Below, in pieces: positions 63,482 to 64,000 of a stretch of DNA of 64,000 bases; position 1 is the first letter of the stretch, and each line of letters begins with the position of its first letter. The position numbers were made by a program, and so were the translations under genes. The notes under the pieces are model-generated. The model saw nothing but the letters and a program-made list of their open reading frames with translations. It did not search any database and was not told the DNA's origin. The stretch comes from Oscillospiraceae bacterium. Lineage in GTDB: Bacteria; Bacillota; Clostridia; Oscillospirales; Oscillospiraceae. The stretch spans positions 464-64,463 of the forward strand of contig JAAWUC010000002.1 of assembly GCA_022804995.1 (NCBI GenBank), in the 5' to 3' direction.

Positions 63482-64000
63482 GAAAGCAGGTATTCACGGT
63501 ACTGCTCCTGCTGCTGGTATTGGCGGGGTGCGCCCCCTCCCCTGCCCCGGACCCGGCTCCGGTGCCAGTGCCGGAGGTGGAGGAGCCGGCGGTCCCCCCA
63601 CCGGAGCCGGTGGAGGTTCGGGAGCCGGAGCCGGATCCACGGGCGGAGACAGTGGAGGCCATCCTCGGGGCGATGACCCTGGAGGAGAAGGTGGGGCAGA
63701 TGTTCTTCCCCAGGTGCCCGGAGGTGGAAGCGGCGGAGAAGATTGCCGGATTCCATCTGGGGGGCTGTCTGCTGTTTACCAAAGATTTCAAGGACAGCGG
63801 GAAGAACTGGCTGACGGCGGAGCAGCTGATGGAGAAGCTGGAGGGGTATCAGGCGGCGGCGTCGGTGCCGCTTCTGATCGGCGTGGACGAGGAGGGCGGC
63901 ACCGTGGCCCGGGCCAGCCGGAACCCCAATCTGTTCCCGGAGAAGTTCCAGTCGCCCCGGCGGGTATTCGCCAGGGGGCTGGAGGCGGATCCGGAGGGCG
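63478..64000 (+). CDS. GH3 family glycoside hydrolase lipoprotein (NagZ-like), 3' end outside window
   Basis: The ATG overlaps the FAH stop (ATGA). Lipobox LLVLAGCAP, a Pro/Glu-rich linker, then EKVGQMFF and IGVDEEGGTVAR. The frame is open to the window end. Confidence 0.8.
   Translation, partial: MRKQVFTVLLLLLVLAGCAPSPAPDPAPVPVPEVEEPAVPPPEPVEVREPEPDPRAETVEAILGAMTLEEKVGQMFFPRCPEVEAAEKIAGFHLGGCLLFTKDFKDSGKNWLTAEQLMEKLEGYQAAASVPLLIGVDEEGGTVARASRNPNLFPEKFQSPRRVFARGLEADPEG

Noticed and set aside
1-64000. CRISPR arrays, rRNA genes, intact IS elements, prophage or integrase genes, and recognisable defence systems (restriction-modification, CBASS, retron, Abi and similar).
   Set aside because: None is visible. 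There are no spaced direct-repeat arrays and no 16S/23S-like sequence. The only transposase signal is the truncated IS5-family stump. No nuclease, methylase, reverse-transcriptase or cyclase motifs were seen in any credible ORF. Absence is judged by eye only.

Overview
This window is the chromosomal replication-origin region of a high-GC Gram-positive anaerobe. It looks like Clostridia, possibly Oscillospiraceae, but the taxon is only inferred from gene order, GC style and protein motifs. No database search was run, and all family calls rest on motifs read by eye.

Origin: coding-strand bias flips at 32.1-32.3 kb. The dnaA-dnaN spacer there carries six DnaA-box 9-mers, an in-phase CTA (DnaA-trio-like) array and an AT-rich tract, which I call oriC.

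Left of oriC (minus strand): rpmH-rnpA-yidD-yidC-jag, then tRNA-Val(GAC), and further left dnaX-ybaB-cobT. An SRP RNA gene with its own promoter and terminator sits upstream of dnaX. The ORF track hides it inside an over-extended dnaX ORF.

Right of oriC (plus strand unless noted): dnaA, dnaN, S4-domain yaaA, recF, DUF370, gyrB, gyrA, cobS, cobC, rnj (minus), zapA, U32 peptidase, an AT-rich alpha/beta hydrolase, dut, maf, mreC, mreD, PBP2, a GH13 enzyme, soj, spo0J, serS, mscL, rsmG, a MinD-like ATPase, an MGS-like protein, hisS, aspS, a FAH-family protein and a 3'-truncated GH3 lipoprotein.

Accessory material:
- A 12.6-25.3 kb block lies head-on to replication. It holds a histidine-kinase fragment, an IS5-family transposase remnant, an MBL hydrolase, a LacI-controlled ABC / FucI-like / FucU / split-transketolase / FGGY-kinase locus and a response-regulator fragment, and it ends at tRNA-Val.
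- There are several short AT-rich inserts: a frameshifted acetyltransferase-like gene between dnaX and ybaB, a small lipoprotein gene, and a divergent HTH / small-ORF module.

Main hunt results:
1. A family of 26-28 bp AT-rich perfect palindromes with a ~45 nt conserved context sits just upstream of spo0J/parB and of an orphan minD-like gene.
2. The MinD-like ATPase is paired with a methylglyoxal-synthase-like protein whose catalytic residues are all substituted.
3. Three perfect 16 bp parS palindromes, all intergenic, bracket the GH13 gene and soj-spo0J.
4. A fucose-type sugar locus has a split transketolase and no aldolase.
5. A WG-repeat surface-protein gene occupies the rpmH-dnaA gap, leaving an apparently monopartite oriC.

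Long ORFs antisense to recognised genes are treated as high-GC shadow ORFs.
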